Positions 38,060 through 52,059 of a DNA stretch of 64,000 bases are shown piece by piece. The stretch is from Chiloscyllium plagiosum (Eukaryota): assembly GCF_004010195.1 (NCBI RefSeq), contig NC_057720.1, positions 6,033,273 through 6,097,272 on the forward strand. Direction: 5' to 3'. How positions within the stretch are numbered: the stretch's first letter is position 1; each line of letters opens with the position of its first letter. Both the position numbers and the translations under genes were made by a program. Under the pieces are notes generated by a model that worked only from the letters and a program-made list of their open reading frames with translations, was not told the DNA's origin and did no database searches.

Positions 38060-40310
38060 TGAGAAATACCAAGGAACAAAAAACATGAGGTGGGTGTCAT
38101 ATACAGACCCGCAAACTGCAGTGGGGATGTTGAGAATATCATTAAACAGGAAATTAGAGATGCATGAGAAAAGGATATATCAGTGATCATGGGTGATTTT
38201 AATCTGCACATAGATTAAGCAAATGAAATTAACTACAATGTTGTGGATGAGGAATTCCTGGAGTGTATATGGGTTGTTTTCTTGACCAATATGTGGAGGA
38301 TCCGACTCGAGAGCAGGCCATCTTAGATTGGGTGTTGCGTAATGAGAAGGGAATCATTGCCAATCTAGCTGTGCGAGGCTGCTTGGGGATGAACGACCAT
38401 AGCATGATAGAAGTTTTTATTAAGATGGAGAGAGAGATAACCTATTCGGAGACGAGTGTGCTGAATCTTAATAAAGGAAACTATGAAGATATGTGCGTGA
38501 GTTGGCCTTGATAGATTGGGCAGAGTGACTTAAAGGGATGACAGTGGATAGGCAATGGCAAACATTCAAGGAACGCATGGGGGGACTGCAACAACTGTTT
38601 ATTCCAGTCTGGGACAAAAGCAAAATGGGTTACCGGGCTAATCCATGGATTACAAAGGAAATTAGAGATAGTATCTGATCCAAGGGAGAAGCATACAATT
38701 GACGGAGAAAAATAATAAGTCTGAGGATTGGTAGCCGTTTAAAATTCAGCGAAGAAGCCCCAAAGGATTGATTAAGAAGGGGAAAATACAGTACAAAAGT
38801 AAGCTTGTAGGGAATATAAAAACTGACACTAAGAGTTTCTATAGGTATGCGAAGAGAAAGAGATTAGTGAATACAAATGCAGACAGAAACCAGGGTTTGT
38901 ATGATGGGGGAAAAATGGCTTTGTCTTCAGAAAAGAGGACACAGATCAGATACCAGAAATGTTGGAGAATGCAAGATTTTGTGAGAGAGAAGAACTGAGC
39001 GAGATCAATATTAGTAGAGAAATGATGCTGGGAAAATTGAGGAGCTTGAAGGTGGATAAATCCCCAGGACCTGATAATCTATAAGTCAGAGTACTGAAGG
39101 AAATGGCTCTCGAAATAATAGATGCATTGGTGGTCATCTACTAGGATTTTATAGACTCTGAAAGAGTCCCTGCAGATTAGAGGGTAGCTAATGTTACTCC
39201 AATATTCAAAAAGCGAGATAGAGAGAAACCAGGGGATTATAGACCAGTAAGCCTAACATCATCACTGGGGAAAATCCTCAAATCCATTTTCAAGGACTGT
39301 ATAGTGGAGCATTTAGAAAGCAGTGGCAGGATCAGACAGAATCAGCGTGATTTTATGAAGGGGAAATCATGCTTGACAAATCTGTTGGAATTCTATGAAG
39401 ATGTAACGAGTAGAGTTGACAAGGGGGAGCCAGTCAATGTGGTATATTTGGACTTTCAGAAAGCATTTAACAAAGTCCTGTATAAGAGATTAGTGTGCAC
39501 AATTAAAGCACATGGGATTGGGGGAAGTGTATTGGAAAGGACATAAAACTGGTTGGCAGAGAAGAAACAAAGAGTAGGAATTAATGGGTCCTTTTCAAAT
39601 TTACAGGCAGTAACTAGTGGGGTGCCACAGGGATCGGTGCGAGGACCCCAACTATTCATAATATGTTAATGATGTGGATGAGGGAACAAAATGTAACATT
39701 TCAAAGTTTGCAGATGATACCAAGTTGGGTGGGAGGGTGAACTGTGACGAGGATGCAGAGATCCTTCAGCATGATCGAGACAGGTTGGGTAAGTGGGCAA
39801 ATCAATGGCAGATACAGTATAATTTGGATAAATGTGTGGTTATTCACTTTGGAAGCAAAAACAAGAAGGCAGATTACTACCTGAATGGGTGTACATTGGG
39901 AGAGGGGAGTGCGCAGCAGGGCCTGGGTGTTCTTGTGCACCAGTCGCTGAAGGTAAGCATGCAGGTGCAGCAGGTGAGAATGAAGATAAATGGTATGTTT
40001 GCCTTCATTGTGAGAGGTTACGAGTACAGCAGCAGGGATGTGTTGATGCAGTTATACAGGGCCTTGATGAGGCCACACCTAGAATATTGTGTGCGGATTT
40101 GGTCTCCTTTCCTGAGGAAGGATGCTCTTGCTCTCTCTCTCTCGAGAGTGCAGCGAGGGTTTCCCAGGTTGTTCCCGCGGATGGTGGGACTGATGTATGA
40201 GGAGGGATTGACTCGGTTACAATTGTTTTCACTGGAGTTCAGACGAATGGGGGGGATCTTATAGAGCCTTATAAAATTCTAACAGGACTAGACAGGGTAA
40301 ATGCAGGGAG
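38060..40310 (+). mobile_element. CR1 LINE ORF2 remnant (endonuclease end through RT) with many stops
   Basis: [43 protein letters not shown] and RPHLEYCV. Confidence 0.93.
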
Positions 40311-40316
40311 GACAAC

Positions 40317-40351
40317 CACCTGATGAAGGAGCAGGGCTCCGAAAGCTAGTG
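40317..40351 (+). ncRNA. Intact minimal hammerhead ribozyme motif (family B terminus 40311-40400)
   Basis: CAC-CUGAUGA-A-GGAGC(AGG)GCUCC-GAAAGCUA-GUG: perfect 5-bp stem II, palindromic AGCU at stem III, CAC/GUG stem I. Confidence 0.75.
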
Positions 40352-41774
40352 CTTCCAATTAAACCTGTTGGACTATAACCTGGTGTGTGTGATTTTTGTC
40401 TTTACTATGGCTATTTTGCTGGTAAGCCCACTTTGCGCCGTTACGAAAACCTGCACTCTCCACCCTAATAACTGAAAACAGTGTCAGTGGGATAATTAAA
40501 CTGATTGCAGGAAAAGAAACAGAACTGGCTGAAATAATGACTCCTGTGTTAAATCTCACCATTGTCCACAAACACAGTGTGAATTATGGTTCAGGGCTGT
40601 TTCACTGATAGTCTGGCTGCTACCTTTTCATTCCTGAGCAGCCGAGCTCTCCAGTAAGTGAGGTCTTTGCTTAGAAAATAGCAACTTTGAAATGGAGAGT
40701 CACAGATAATAAGGGTTCAATGCCCATTCTTGCACCTCTCTTACCTTTTAGATATCTAAAAGTAACTCTTGCAATTTTCTTTTATATTACTTGCTAACTT
40801 ACTCTCTTATTTCATCATGAACCAACAAGAGCAGGCCACCAATTATTTGCAATTGTCAGCATATTAACTAAATTCAACTAACCCATAACTTGCAAAACTC
40901 AAACAAAACTGATCACTGTTTGAAGTGGTTCTGTAATAGGAAAGAACTTTCTGAACAATCCCATGTGAGCCTATAGCCATAATAACTACCGATTTCATAT
41001 AATCAGTCAAACATATAATAATGGCTGATTTACTTTTGCTAGAAGTGGCAGATGTTCATTTGCAGGGACAATAGTTGGAAAAGCACAGCAGGTCAGACAG
41101 CATCTGAGGAGCAGCAAAGTCACTGTTTCGGGCTGAAATTCTGCATCAGGAATCAGGGACATATTGTCTGCAAATAAAAGCATGATGTTTGAGTCCTACA
41201 GGTTTTGTTATTATTTAGTGGGATAGGGAAACCGCAGTCCCTCATTGTTTCTTCCAGGGTCAGGACCTTAGAACGGACTTGCCAATCGTCCAGTCTCCTT
41301 TTATGCTATCATACACAACATTGTGAGGTTTGGAATTTAGTATTCTTGCATTTGTCCTGATGAATATGATTGGGTTAAATGGGTTAAATGCAAGCTTTGT
41401 TAAATGCCACTCTTCTTAGAAATTAAAATGAGGAAAGAAAGAATTAGTCTCTTACATGACAACAGGATGCTGTATATTGCAGACTGGCAACAACATGCTC
41501 CTGGACAACAGTCACAACTTAAAAAAAAACAACCTCTCGGATGAGAAATTATATCAAAAGTAAAATACTGCAGATGCTGAAAATCTAAGAAAAAAAAGCA
41601 AACTGTTGAAATTACTCAGCTATTCACCCAGAATCATTAGGTAAGGAAACAGCAAAGATTTTTTATCAACAAAACAGAAGATGCTGGAGAAATTCAGCAG
41701 GGAAGGCAGCATCTGTGCATAGAGAAACAGAGTTAACGTTTCAAGTCCCATATGACACTTCATTGGAATAGTAG

Positions 41775-42110
41775 ATGGCACGATGGCTCAATGGTTAGCA
41801 TTGCCACCTTGCAGTGCCAGGGGTGCGGGTTCCATTCCAGTCCAGGGTGACCGTCTGTGAGGAGTTTGCATATTCTCCCTGTGTCTGCGTGAGTTTCAGT
41901 CCACAGACCAAAGATGTGCAGGTTGGGGTGGATTAGTCATGCTAAGTTGCTCATAACGTTCAGGGAAATGTAGATTAGATGGGTTAGCCATGGGAAATGC
42001 AGGGTGATAGGGTAGGGGGGTGAGTCTGGGTAGCCTGCTTTATGGAGAGTCAGTGAGAATATCTTGGCGCCTAATGTCCCGTTTCCACACTGTAAGGATT
42101 CTATGAATTC
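41775..42110 (+). mobile_element. HE1-like V-SINE
   Basis: Head GGCACGATGGCTCAATGGTTAGCA, V-domain and tail. Confidence 0.82.
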
Positions 42111-42468
42111 TGGAAGTGGAGGGTGTGCAAAGGAGATTCATCAGGATGTTGCCTCCAGAGAGACATTTTGATTTGGAGAGTCTGGATAAGCTCAGGTTGT
42201 TTTCTTTGGAGCTTGATGAGGTGTACAAGATTATGTGGGGCACTGACAGGGTGATTGAAGGGTCAATAACAAATGGCAATAAAGATAAAGTGAAAGACAG
42301 GAGGCTCACCCAGAGGATATTGGGGATCTGGAATGCTCTGCCTGGGAGGGTCATTGAGGTGGGAAACCTCACAACATTTCAAAAATACTTGAAGTGTCAT
42401 TACATTCAAGGCTGTGAAAGTAATGCTGGAAAATGGGACTAGTGTAGGTAGTCGCATATTTTTGGCAA

Positions 42469-42608
42469 GATTAGAGTGGTGCTGGAAAAGCACAGCAGAT
42501 CAGGCAGCATCCGAGGAGCAGGAAAATCAACATTTCGGGCAAAAGCCCTTCATCATCACTCTAATCTAAACTCTAGTCTCCAGCATCTGCAGTACCCACT
42601 TTCGCCTA
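42469..42608. mobile_element. Family A fold-back mini-element in a CR1 3' UTR
   Basis: 15-bp TSD GCAT(A/G)TTTTTGGCAA at 42454-42468 and 42609-42623. Confidence 0.88.
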
Positions 42609-43131
42609 GCATGTTTTTGGCAACATGGACTTGATTTGCTGAAGGGTCCGTTCTGTAATATACAAGTCTGTGAACTGAAGAGTTCTAATGAACCTTTAGA
42701 ATCAAAACACTAGCTCTGTTTCTCCCTCCACAGATGCTGCAAGACCTGCTGAATTTCATATTTCCAGCATCTGCAATATTTATTGAAGCCTTTTATGTTT
42801 GCTGTTGTATTTGCCAGAGGAGGGAAGTCTGAGGATGTGTAGGAAACTGGTGATGCCATGTCAGTAAATATTACTCCATAATTGAGGTTCTGTTGATCAT
42901 TTTTGCCATCAAAGAACAAAGAATGGGAACAGGCCGTTCGGCCCACCAAGCCTGCTCTGTCACATGCCGCCTTTCTAAACTTAAATCCCTTTTGCTTCTA
43001 TGCAATCCATATGCTTCTATGCTCTGCCTGTCCATATATCTGTCAAGGTGCCACTTAAATGTTACTGTTGTACCTGCTTCTGCCACCTCCTCAGGTATTT
43101 ATCACCCTCCCACCTCTCCAGGGATAAAATT

Positions 43132-43585
43132 ACATAGAGACACAGATATGTACAGCATGGAAACAGACACTTTGGTCCAACCCGTCCATATCCCAATCCA
43201 ATCTAGTCCCACCTGCCAGCACCCGGCCCATATCCCTCCAAACCCTTCCTATTTGTATACCCATCCAGATGCCTCTTAAATGTTGTAGCTTCCACCACAT
43301 CCTCTGGAAACTCATTCCATACATATACAACCCTCTGTGTGAAAAAGTTGCCCCTTAGGTCTCTTTTATATCTTTCCCCTCTCACCCTAAACCTATGCCC
43401 TCTAGTTCAGGACTCTCCCACCCTAGGGAAAAGACCTTGTCTATTTACCCTATGCATGCTCCTCATGATTTTATAAGCTTCTATAAGGTCACCCTTCAGT
43501 CTCTGATGCTCCAGGGGAAACAGCTCCAGCCTATTCAACCTTTCCCTATAGCTCAAACCCTCCAACCCTGGCAACATCCTTGCAA
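43132..43585 (-). mobile_element. CR1/HER1-type 3' end
   Basis: ORF 43203-43385 (RGERYKRDLRGNFFTQRVV). Confidence 0.88.
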
Positions 43586-43959
43586 ACTCTGCTGTAATAC
43601 GGTTGTTCCGTTCTCATGCAATCTTGTGTTATAAGAAAATCATGTAACTGCAGCACTATTTAAACTAATGGAGCAAGAATCACATTATAACCAATAAACT
43701 TTGCATTTTAGAAACAGTGAGCCCAATTCGTTAATCATGTTACAGCAAATTTGTATTAACAAAACGTGCTTTATAGCAGAACGGTATACACCAAAGACTA
43801 ACGACGATTTGAGAGAGAAAATTCCTCTTTATCTCAGTCTTAAACTGAGTTTAAGAGAATCCTTACTCTGCAACTGTGCAAACCCCTTCCCTGTCACTTC
43901 TAGGGTTCCTCTGCACGAGAAGTATCTTTTCAGGATCCACTCTTTTACAGTTCTCTTGA

Positions 43960-44176
43960 ACAAAGTTAAAAATTACACAGCACCAAGTTATAGTCCAACA
44001 GGTTTATTTGGAAGCATTAGCTTTCGGAGCCACCTGATGAAGGAGCGGCGCTCCGAAAGCTAGTGCTTCCAATTAAACCTGTTGGACTATAACCTGGTGT
44101 TGTGTGATTCTTAACCTGGTGTTGTGTGATTTGTAACTTTGTCCATACCAGTCCAACACCAGCACCTCCAAATCAT
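43960..44176. mobile_element. Family B fold-back mini-element
   Basis: Inverted arms around 44030; full terminus ending CACCTCCAAATCAT. Confidence 0.88.
44031..44065 (+). ncRNA. Intact minimal hammerhead ribozyme motif
   Basis: CAC-CUGAUGA-A-GGAGC(GGC)GCUCC-GAAAGCUA-GUG. Confidence 0.75.
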
Positions 44177-45129
44177 AACAATGTTCTTGGATTGTTTCTC
44201 ATTCTCCTGCAGAGATAATGCAGGTGGAAATGCAGACGCGGACAAACTCTGCGTGGAAATTCTGCCTTTTGCAGTTACTGAGTGGTTAGAATTCCTCATT
44301 GCAAGTTCCTTCATCTACATGAAGTGAAACTTCCAGAGCAGTCCATTCTTCTTAGCCATGTATTCACATGCACACGTCAGACGACTCACTGAATTGAATC
44401 ACAACAGCTTCACGTGGTGCACAAAATGCAGCACATTTCTGAGTTAAGTCACAGAGGATGAAAATCAAACTCTAATTCAAATGCACCTTAATTGCATACA
44501 AGTTTTGCATTCAGAAGGTGATGCGAAATCATCAGTGGGCTTATTTTAATCTTGTTATGCAACCTTTACTGCTAGTTTAATTGGTCATTTTCAGGCTGAG
44601 TGGTCAATCCCAATGCCTGTGATTTATTCACAGTCGAAGAGATGACTTAATGTGAGCAATAATCAAACAACTCCAGTGTCCCTGACATAATTCAGGGCCA
44701 ACCACAAATAAAATACATATGTCATTTCTTCAGGCTGGAAAATTTCCACGTTAAACTCCAAATTGAGTGTCAATTCTGGTGAGACATAAGCCTTCAACCA
44801 GTCTATAATCGAATTCAAGGTACTTTTGTTGACTGCCACTTGACTGGCCTTTATTGAATATAAAGGTAATGAAGTGTTGCTACAGGACCTTTGTTAGACT
44901 GTGGCTGGAGTGCGGTGTACTGTTTTGATCTCCTTACTGAAGAAAGCATACTGAGAATTACTCAGCTCAGAGAAGATTCAATTGATTCATGTGTGTCTCT
45001 CTTGTGAGGAAATATTGAGCCTATATCCATTAGAGGTTAGAAGAATGAAACTGAGATGGCCATCAAGGGTCTGGGGAGTCTGGAACTGGAGGGCATGGTT
45101 TAAAAATATGGGCTCTCCCATTTCAAGAT

Positions 45130-45600
45130 GGGATGAGGATAAGTATAGTAAATTGCTGCTTCAACAGGAAGGAGTGCTTGGGGCCTTGAGAAGGGTGGAG
45201 GTGAAAGGTCATGCTTTATACTTCCTATGATCGGATGGACGCTACTGTGGGATGGGAAGGTGGTTTTGAGGATGGCTATCAGCTACAACTTCGTGTTGGG
45301 GAAGGAATGTTCCCTTCAGTGGCTGAAGGGAGGGGAAGATGTATTTGGCAATGGAATCCTGCTGGGAGTGGTGGAAAAGATGGAGGATGATCCTATGAAT
45401 GCAGAGGCCAGGGGATCGACAGTGAGGAAGAGTGGAAGTTTACTTAAGGTTGGGGAGGAAAGAGGTGATGGCAGAGTGTGGGAAATGGGGTGATACAGTT
45501 AAGGGCCCCGTCCACCACAATGGGGGTGGAGTCCTTTGTTGACTTCAGAAGCACCATTGTGAAAGGTAGCATTTTCAGAACAAATGTGATGGACATGGAC
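45130..45600 (-). mobile_element. Old Penelope-like fragment
   Basis: Diverged similarity to the 36900-37250 and 32570-32650 regions. Confidence 0.5.
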
Positions 45601-46299
45601 TCTAGACTAATTCATGTTTGAAGTACAGAAGAAGATCATTCAACAGTTTGTTTCAACTCTGGATAACAGATTAAGACAACATTAATCCCATTATACAGCT
45701 CTTGATCCATAACCCTGGAGGTTATAGCAACACAAGTGAATATCTGAAAGACCTCTTCAATGTTCTGTGAGTTTCTGACTCAGCCACCCTTTTCAGGCAA
45801 TCTCTGTGTGAAAAATATTCTCCTCAACTCTCCTCTTAGCTTTCTACCCCATCTTAAATCTATTCCCCTAGTTATTGACATATACCCATAGGAAAGTGCC
45901 CTCATTGTATTATACACTTCAATCTTGACCACTCTTGACCTTTACGTATCGAAGGAAGATATACCAGTCTTTCCAAACTGGCATCATAGTTCAGACCATC
46001 CAGCTCAGACAACATCCTAGTAAATCCCCTCTACACATTCTGTCACATCTTTCCCATACTGTGATGTCAGAGCTTCACTCTGTTCTCTGGCTGCGGCCTA
46101 ACTGCTGTTTTATACAGTTCCAGCATAACTTGCCTACTCTTGTATTCAATGTCTCATCTAATAAAGGCAAGTGTCCCATTTGCTTTCTCAGCCAATGTCC
46201 TTCTGACCTTCCACACTTTCCAAAGTTCCACCATTCACTGTGCAATTCCTTGCTTTACTCGCTCCCCCCTCCAACCAAAGTGCATCACCTCACACTTTT

Positions 46300-46625
46300 C
46301 CATAGAATCACAGAATCCCTATAGTGCAGAAAGAGGCCATTCGGCCCATCGAGTCCACACTGACCCTCAGAATCCTGGCCAGCCCCAGCCCCCAACCCTA
46401 TCCCTGTAACCTTCCATTCATCATTGGCTAAACCAACTAGCCTGTGCAACCCTGGATACTAAGGGGCAATTTAGCATAGCCACTCCCCCTAACTTGCAGA
46501 CATTTGGACTGTGGGGGAGGGGGGGAGACAGGAGCACCTGGAGGGAACCCACACGAAGAGAATGTGCAAACACCACGCAGACAGTCGCCTGAGGGTGGAA
46601 TTGAACCCGGATCCCTGGCGATGTG
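46300..46625 (-). mobile_element. HE1-like V-SINE
   Basis: CATAGAATCACAGAATCC tail, V-domain, B-box. Confidence 0.82.
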
Positions 46626-47554
46626 TAGCAAAATTCTATTTGCTCCTGCTGCATCCAGCTGACTAGTCCATCGATCTCCTCCTGTAGCTCATGGCCACCC
46701 TGCTTACTATTTACTACTCTTTCAAATTTTGTGTCATCGGTGAATTTCTTGATCGTATCCCCTGTATTACAGTCCAATTCATTGACGTTCACCAGAACAG
46801 CAAAGGCCAAAGCACCGAGAGCTGCAGGGAAGTGGGAGCAAACTTTGGACAGGTGAATTACGGAGATGTTCATCTGATATCCCCCAATTCACAGCATTGG
46901 CCATAAAGTCAGCAGTCAGTTACTGTGGATTTCTGGGAGGAAACAGGCAGCTCAGGGAACATGCTGACCCACAGGAGAAGGAAATGTCAGCTTCAGTCTT
47001 TACCTCAAGTGTCACGTGTACTGTTTCCCCTCCATTTGTTGTGTTAATAAGTTCTTTTCTACATGACTTGAATTACATTTATAATATTTTTCTAATTTTA
47101 CATGTGAATGCTTCTCATTTGAAAAGGGTTATATTGAAGAATAGGCTCCATTTCATATTCCCTGAAATTAAAAAAAAACACAATTCCTACCTCACCGCAG
47201 AATACAATCCCATCTTTAATTCACGGCAGGACATGCATTGTTAGCGACACCTGCTAATGACCTTGTAAGTACAGAGTCCTTTCAGTAATTGTATTGTTGA
47301 TTTTATTTTTCTTTACAAGTGACCCTTCAAAGTTGTCAGGAAGAATATGCTACAGTCTAGGAACAATCCTCAAGACACCTGTATCCTTCCCCTTTGTCCC
47401 CCAACCACTTCTATTTTGTTCAAGGTGACCATTATATGTTCATATTGGCCACAGCCGTCAACGCAATTTCTTGACATGCTCCCTTGGGGCCCCACATTTT
47501 CAGACCAGCCTCTACTGTCACATTAACCTTCTGTCTGCTGAGTCGATTTTGTAG

Positions 47555-49195
47555 TAGACAGGCAGGAGGCTGGAGGAACATAGCAAGCCAGGCGGCATCA
47601 GGAGGTGGAGGAGTCGATTTTTCGGGTATAACCCTTCTTCAGGACTGAGGGTGGGTGTGGGGGGAGCTGCAGATAAAGGGGGTGGCAGGCACAGGGTGGT
47701 GAGGTGAGGCTAGGTGCAGACAGGTAGAGGGTACGACCGGTTGGTCAATGGGAGGAGTGAATCTGGTTGGTGGCAGGGAGCAGTGGAAGGTAAGGGGGAG
47801 GGGCTGGGAAGGGAGTCGGGGGATGAGAAGGGAGGTTATTTGAAATTGGAGAATTCAATGTTGAGTCCTCTGGGCTGTAGGCTGCCCAGGTGGAAGATGA
47901 GGTGTTGTTCCTCCAATTTGAGGTGTGGTTCATCCCTGCAATTGGAAAAGATGCAAAACCTGCCAGTAGACTCCACCCCCGTCACGTCCATCCAGGGCCC
48001 CAAACAGTCCTTCCAGGTGAGACAGAGGTTCACCTGCCTCTCTTCCAACCCAGTTTACTGCATCAGGTGCTCCTGATGTGGTCTTCTCTACATTGGGGAG
48101 ACTGAATGTAAACTTAGGGAACTGCTCACTGAGCATCTCAGCTGGGCCTGCAGCGGTGACCGGACCTCCCAGTCACTGCCCATTTCAATTCCTCTTCCCA
48201 TTCCCTTTCTGACATGACCATCCTTGTCCTCCATTGCCACAACGAACCACACCTAAGTGGTTCATGTAGCTGTGGGAGTCGGTGGGTTTGAAGTAGGTGT
48301 TCATGTTGAGTCTGTCACCGGAAATGGAGATGAAGAGGTCCAGGAAGTGGAGGGAGGTATCCAAGATGGTCCAGGTGACTTGAGGTCAAGGTGGAAGGTG
48401 CTTGTGAATTTGATGAACTGTTCAACCTCCTTGTAGGAGGATGAGGTGGCGCTGATACATACATCGATGTAGCGGAGGAAAAGGTGGGGAATGGTGCCGG
48501 TGTAGCTGCTCCACATACCCGACGAAGAGACAGACATAACTGGGGCCCATGTGAGTGTCCATGGCTACCCCTTTGTCTGGAGGAAACCGGGGGATTTGAA
48601 GGAGAAATTGTTGAGGGTGAAGACCAGCTCAACAAATTGAACAAATGTGTTGGTAGAAAGGTACTGGTTAGGCCGGCAGGAGAGGAAGAAACAGAGGGCT
48701 TGAAGGTCTTCGCCATGGTGGATAGATGTGTATAGGGACTGGGTGTCATGGTGAAAATGAGGCATTGGGGGCTGGGGAACCGAAAGTCATGGAGGAGGTG
48801 GAGGGTGTGGGTGGTATCTCGACTGCATATGTGGCGTTCCTGGACCATGGGGAACTGATTTCAGCAGTTTCCTCATCTCCCCATCCCCCATCTTATCCTA
48901 GATCCAACCCTGCAACTTGGCACTGCCCTCTTGAACTATCCCACCTGTCCATCTTCTTTCCACCTATCCGCTCCACCCTCTTCTCCGACCTATCGTCATC
49001 ACCTCCCCAACTTCATCTACCCATCACATTCTCAGCTACCTTCCCCCCCAGCCCCACCCCCCTCCCATTTATCTCCCAGCCCCTTTGGGCCTCCCTCAAA
49101 TTCCTGATGAAGGGTTGATGCCCGAAACGGCAACTCTCTTGCTCCTCAGATGTTGCCTGACCGGCTGTGCTTTTCCAGCACCACACATTTTGACT
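47555..49195. mobile_element. Rearranged Penelope-like cluster (family C terminus, inverted GIY-YIG segment, RT segment, family A terminus)
   Basis: QRFTCLSSNPVYCIRCS (plus), LEEQHLIFHLGSLQPRGLNIEF (minus), HLFLRYID (minus). Hammerhead motifs at 47612-47646 (minus) and 49101-49131 (plus, cleavage triplet mutated). Confidence 0.88.
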
Positions 49196-49279
49196 CCTAA
49201 CTCCAAATGCCTGCCTTTTGCCAAAATCCCATGATTCCTTTGGTTAACCAAACAGAAATCTGTGACAGATTTAAAATTA

Positions 49280-49830
49280 AATTCCAGGTGTTGCAGGATT
49301 TTGAATCAGTGATAGTGAGAAAATGACAAAAATGTTCCAGGTCAGGGTGGTGAATGACACGGAGGGGAATTTATAGGAAATTGTGTTCCCACGTATCTGC
49401 TCCTCATGTCCTTTGAGATGGTGAAAGTTGATGTTTTGGGAAGTGTTGTTGAAGGAGTCTCAGTACGTTAACACAGTGAGTCTTGTAGACAATACGCAGT
49501 GCTGCGACTGTGCATCGAGGATGGAGGATGTAAATGTTACGTTGGTAGATGGGTGCCAACGTTTTTCCAGAACTTTGCAGTGCCTAGCCTCTTGAGTGTT
49601 GATGGAGCTGTATCCGTCCATCCATCCATGCCATTGGAGATTATTCCTAAAAACTCCTAACTTGTAGTGTTGAGGAAAAAAAGGGGAGGTGAGTTACCAC
49701 TCGTACATAAATTCCCAATCTCTGACCTGTTCTTGTACACAGTATTTAGATGACTGTTTCTGTTATACCTCTGGTTAAAGATAACTCCCACGTTGTTGTT
49801 AATGAGAGATTTAGCAATGGCAATACAATC
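49280..49830 (-). mobile_element. Old copy of the L2/Zenon-like LINE 3' region
   Basis: Diverged reverse complement of 22460-23020. Confidence 0.6.
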
Positions 49831-52059
49831 ATGTCAGTTATTTTCCTGGAGTCTTTAGGACCTTATGTTAATCTAAGACTCTGCCCTCTCAGGGATTTGT
49901 AGAAACCAAAACCTTGGTCTGTTACTTCATTGTTGTTGATGGGAACAGGCTGGGGTCAAATTTATGGGCCTGTTCCCTGAATTATAGTGGGGTCTACACT
50001 CTAAGAAGCACTCAATTAGCTGTAAAGCCCTTTGGGGCAGCCTGAGGTTATGAAAGCTGCAAAATAACTGCAAGTGTTTCCATTTCACGGAATCAGTGCA
50101 TCAAAAAAAACGAGGCTACTCGGCCCACAGAGACTGTGCTGGCTCTGAGTTAATTCCATTCCCTCCTTTACATCCATAGTCCTTTCACTTTATGTCCCTA
50201 AGTGCCTATCCATTGTCCTTTCAAAATTATTCATCATCTTCTGTTCCACCATTGTCATAGGCACTGGATTCCAGATCCTGACTGCTCGCTATGTGAAACA
50301 TGTTTTTCCTGATATATCCTCCTGTATTTTTGCTCAAAACCTTAAAGCTGTGGTCTGCTAGTTCTTGTATGTCAGACAATGGGAAAATTTTGTTTTGCCT
50401 ACCTTACCAATTAAAGTACTTGACAGTATAGAATATGTTTTGTGATTGATGCCTGTACACTTTTCGTTCTGCCAGGAACTGACACACCTAAGCTATTTGA
50501 CAATTTTAACTTTTCTGATTCTGTCAAAGAATACATTTAACACACTGTGGGACAGACATGAGCAGGAGGATTGGTAACACAGAATGGTGTCATCTTAAGA
50601 TGTGCAGCAAAGCAAGGGAAGTTTGTTGGAATATTGCAATGAAGAGAGTCACAAGTAGCTGGGGGAGAAATCTGCAGCATGGTGCCATTGAGAATATGGA
50701 TGGCTGGAAAATGTCAATGTACAGTGAGGGTTCTTGGGCAGGCAATGGTGCCCAAGGGTGACTGATCCAACTTTGATGTGGGTGTGTGCAAATGTACAAG
50801 CAGTGCAGTCCACACGCCAGAGGTGCAAGGTCACTCCAGTCAGTGAACGCAATCAATGGAGAAGTTTAAGAAGCCCCTCATCCATTGAAATGATTATATC
50901 TCTGCAGCTTGGCGGAGCAGGGAGAGGTTCCCTGAGCTCTATCGTGGCTTCTGTCAGCCCTATCTCTTGCCCTCTGTGATTGTTTCTTCCCTTTGTAACA
51001 GCCCACGACCTACCTTTGTCACTGGCTTGGCTTCTGGACTATAAGACAGTGCTCAGATCATAAGATGTAGGAGCAGAATTAGGCCATTTAGCCCGTAGAA
51101 TTTGCTCTGCTATTCAATGAAATTATGGCTGATCTGATAAGCCTCAGCTCCAGTTTCCTGCCTTTTCCCCAAAATCCTTGATTCCCTCACTGATTAAAAA
51201 TCTGTCTATCTCAGAGTCAACCTGACTAGGTTAAATTTAAACAAATCTTGGCAGTTAGCTGTCAGTCATCATCTAACTGGTCCATTCTTCATGGCATTGC
51301 CTCTACCAGAGTCCACTTGGCAAGCAGTGAAGGTTATCTTTATATACAGTATAAAATGTTTGATTTCCCTTTATTTCTTGCTAATTATCTTGATGGCTGG
51401 ATGAGCTTTGAAGCTTTGACAATATTGGTCTTTTTTAGCAATGCTCAAACACATTAGAGCAGCAAGGTGTATATTCCAATCCACAGCACAGATCGTTCTG
51501 GTATAACGCGCGTTTTGTCACTGTGAAGTCACTGTAATGTGGTTGATGAATTTATGGATGCTGTTTCTAAAGCGAGAACTCTTCAAACGTGTTTTGGCTG
51601 TAACGCGATTACATCGCCAACAATTTAAGCGCTGTTTCCAAAGGGCGATTTTTCTACAACCCGGGGTTGCACAAGAACACTACCATCATGTTATAGAAGA
51701 ACTGACTGTAGATCATTACAGGCTTGAAGTATAGTCATCATCTTAGTCCCAATTGATCTCACCCTAATTAGAGAGAGCGAGACAACTGATGATGAATTTA
51801 ACATGAGGGTCAGCACGCTTCAGGTGAGGGGCATGGTCAAGAAGCTACAGCCTTCATGTTAACCTCAGCTGGTGTGGAAACTGAACCCCAGACTGTGTTA
51901 CAATTCAGCTGTTCAGCCAATTGAGTTAGCCAACTCCCAGGCCTTGAAGGAGTCTAGAGGCAACAATGAATTAATCAATAAAATCTGACTGAGAAAGAAA
52001 TTAATGCATTTAAATATCATATATTCTCATATACGTACTGAAATGGGAAAATTATGTTT

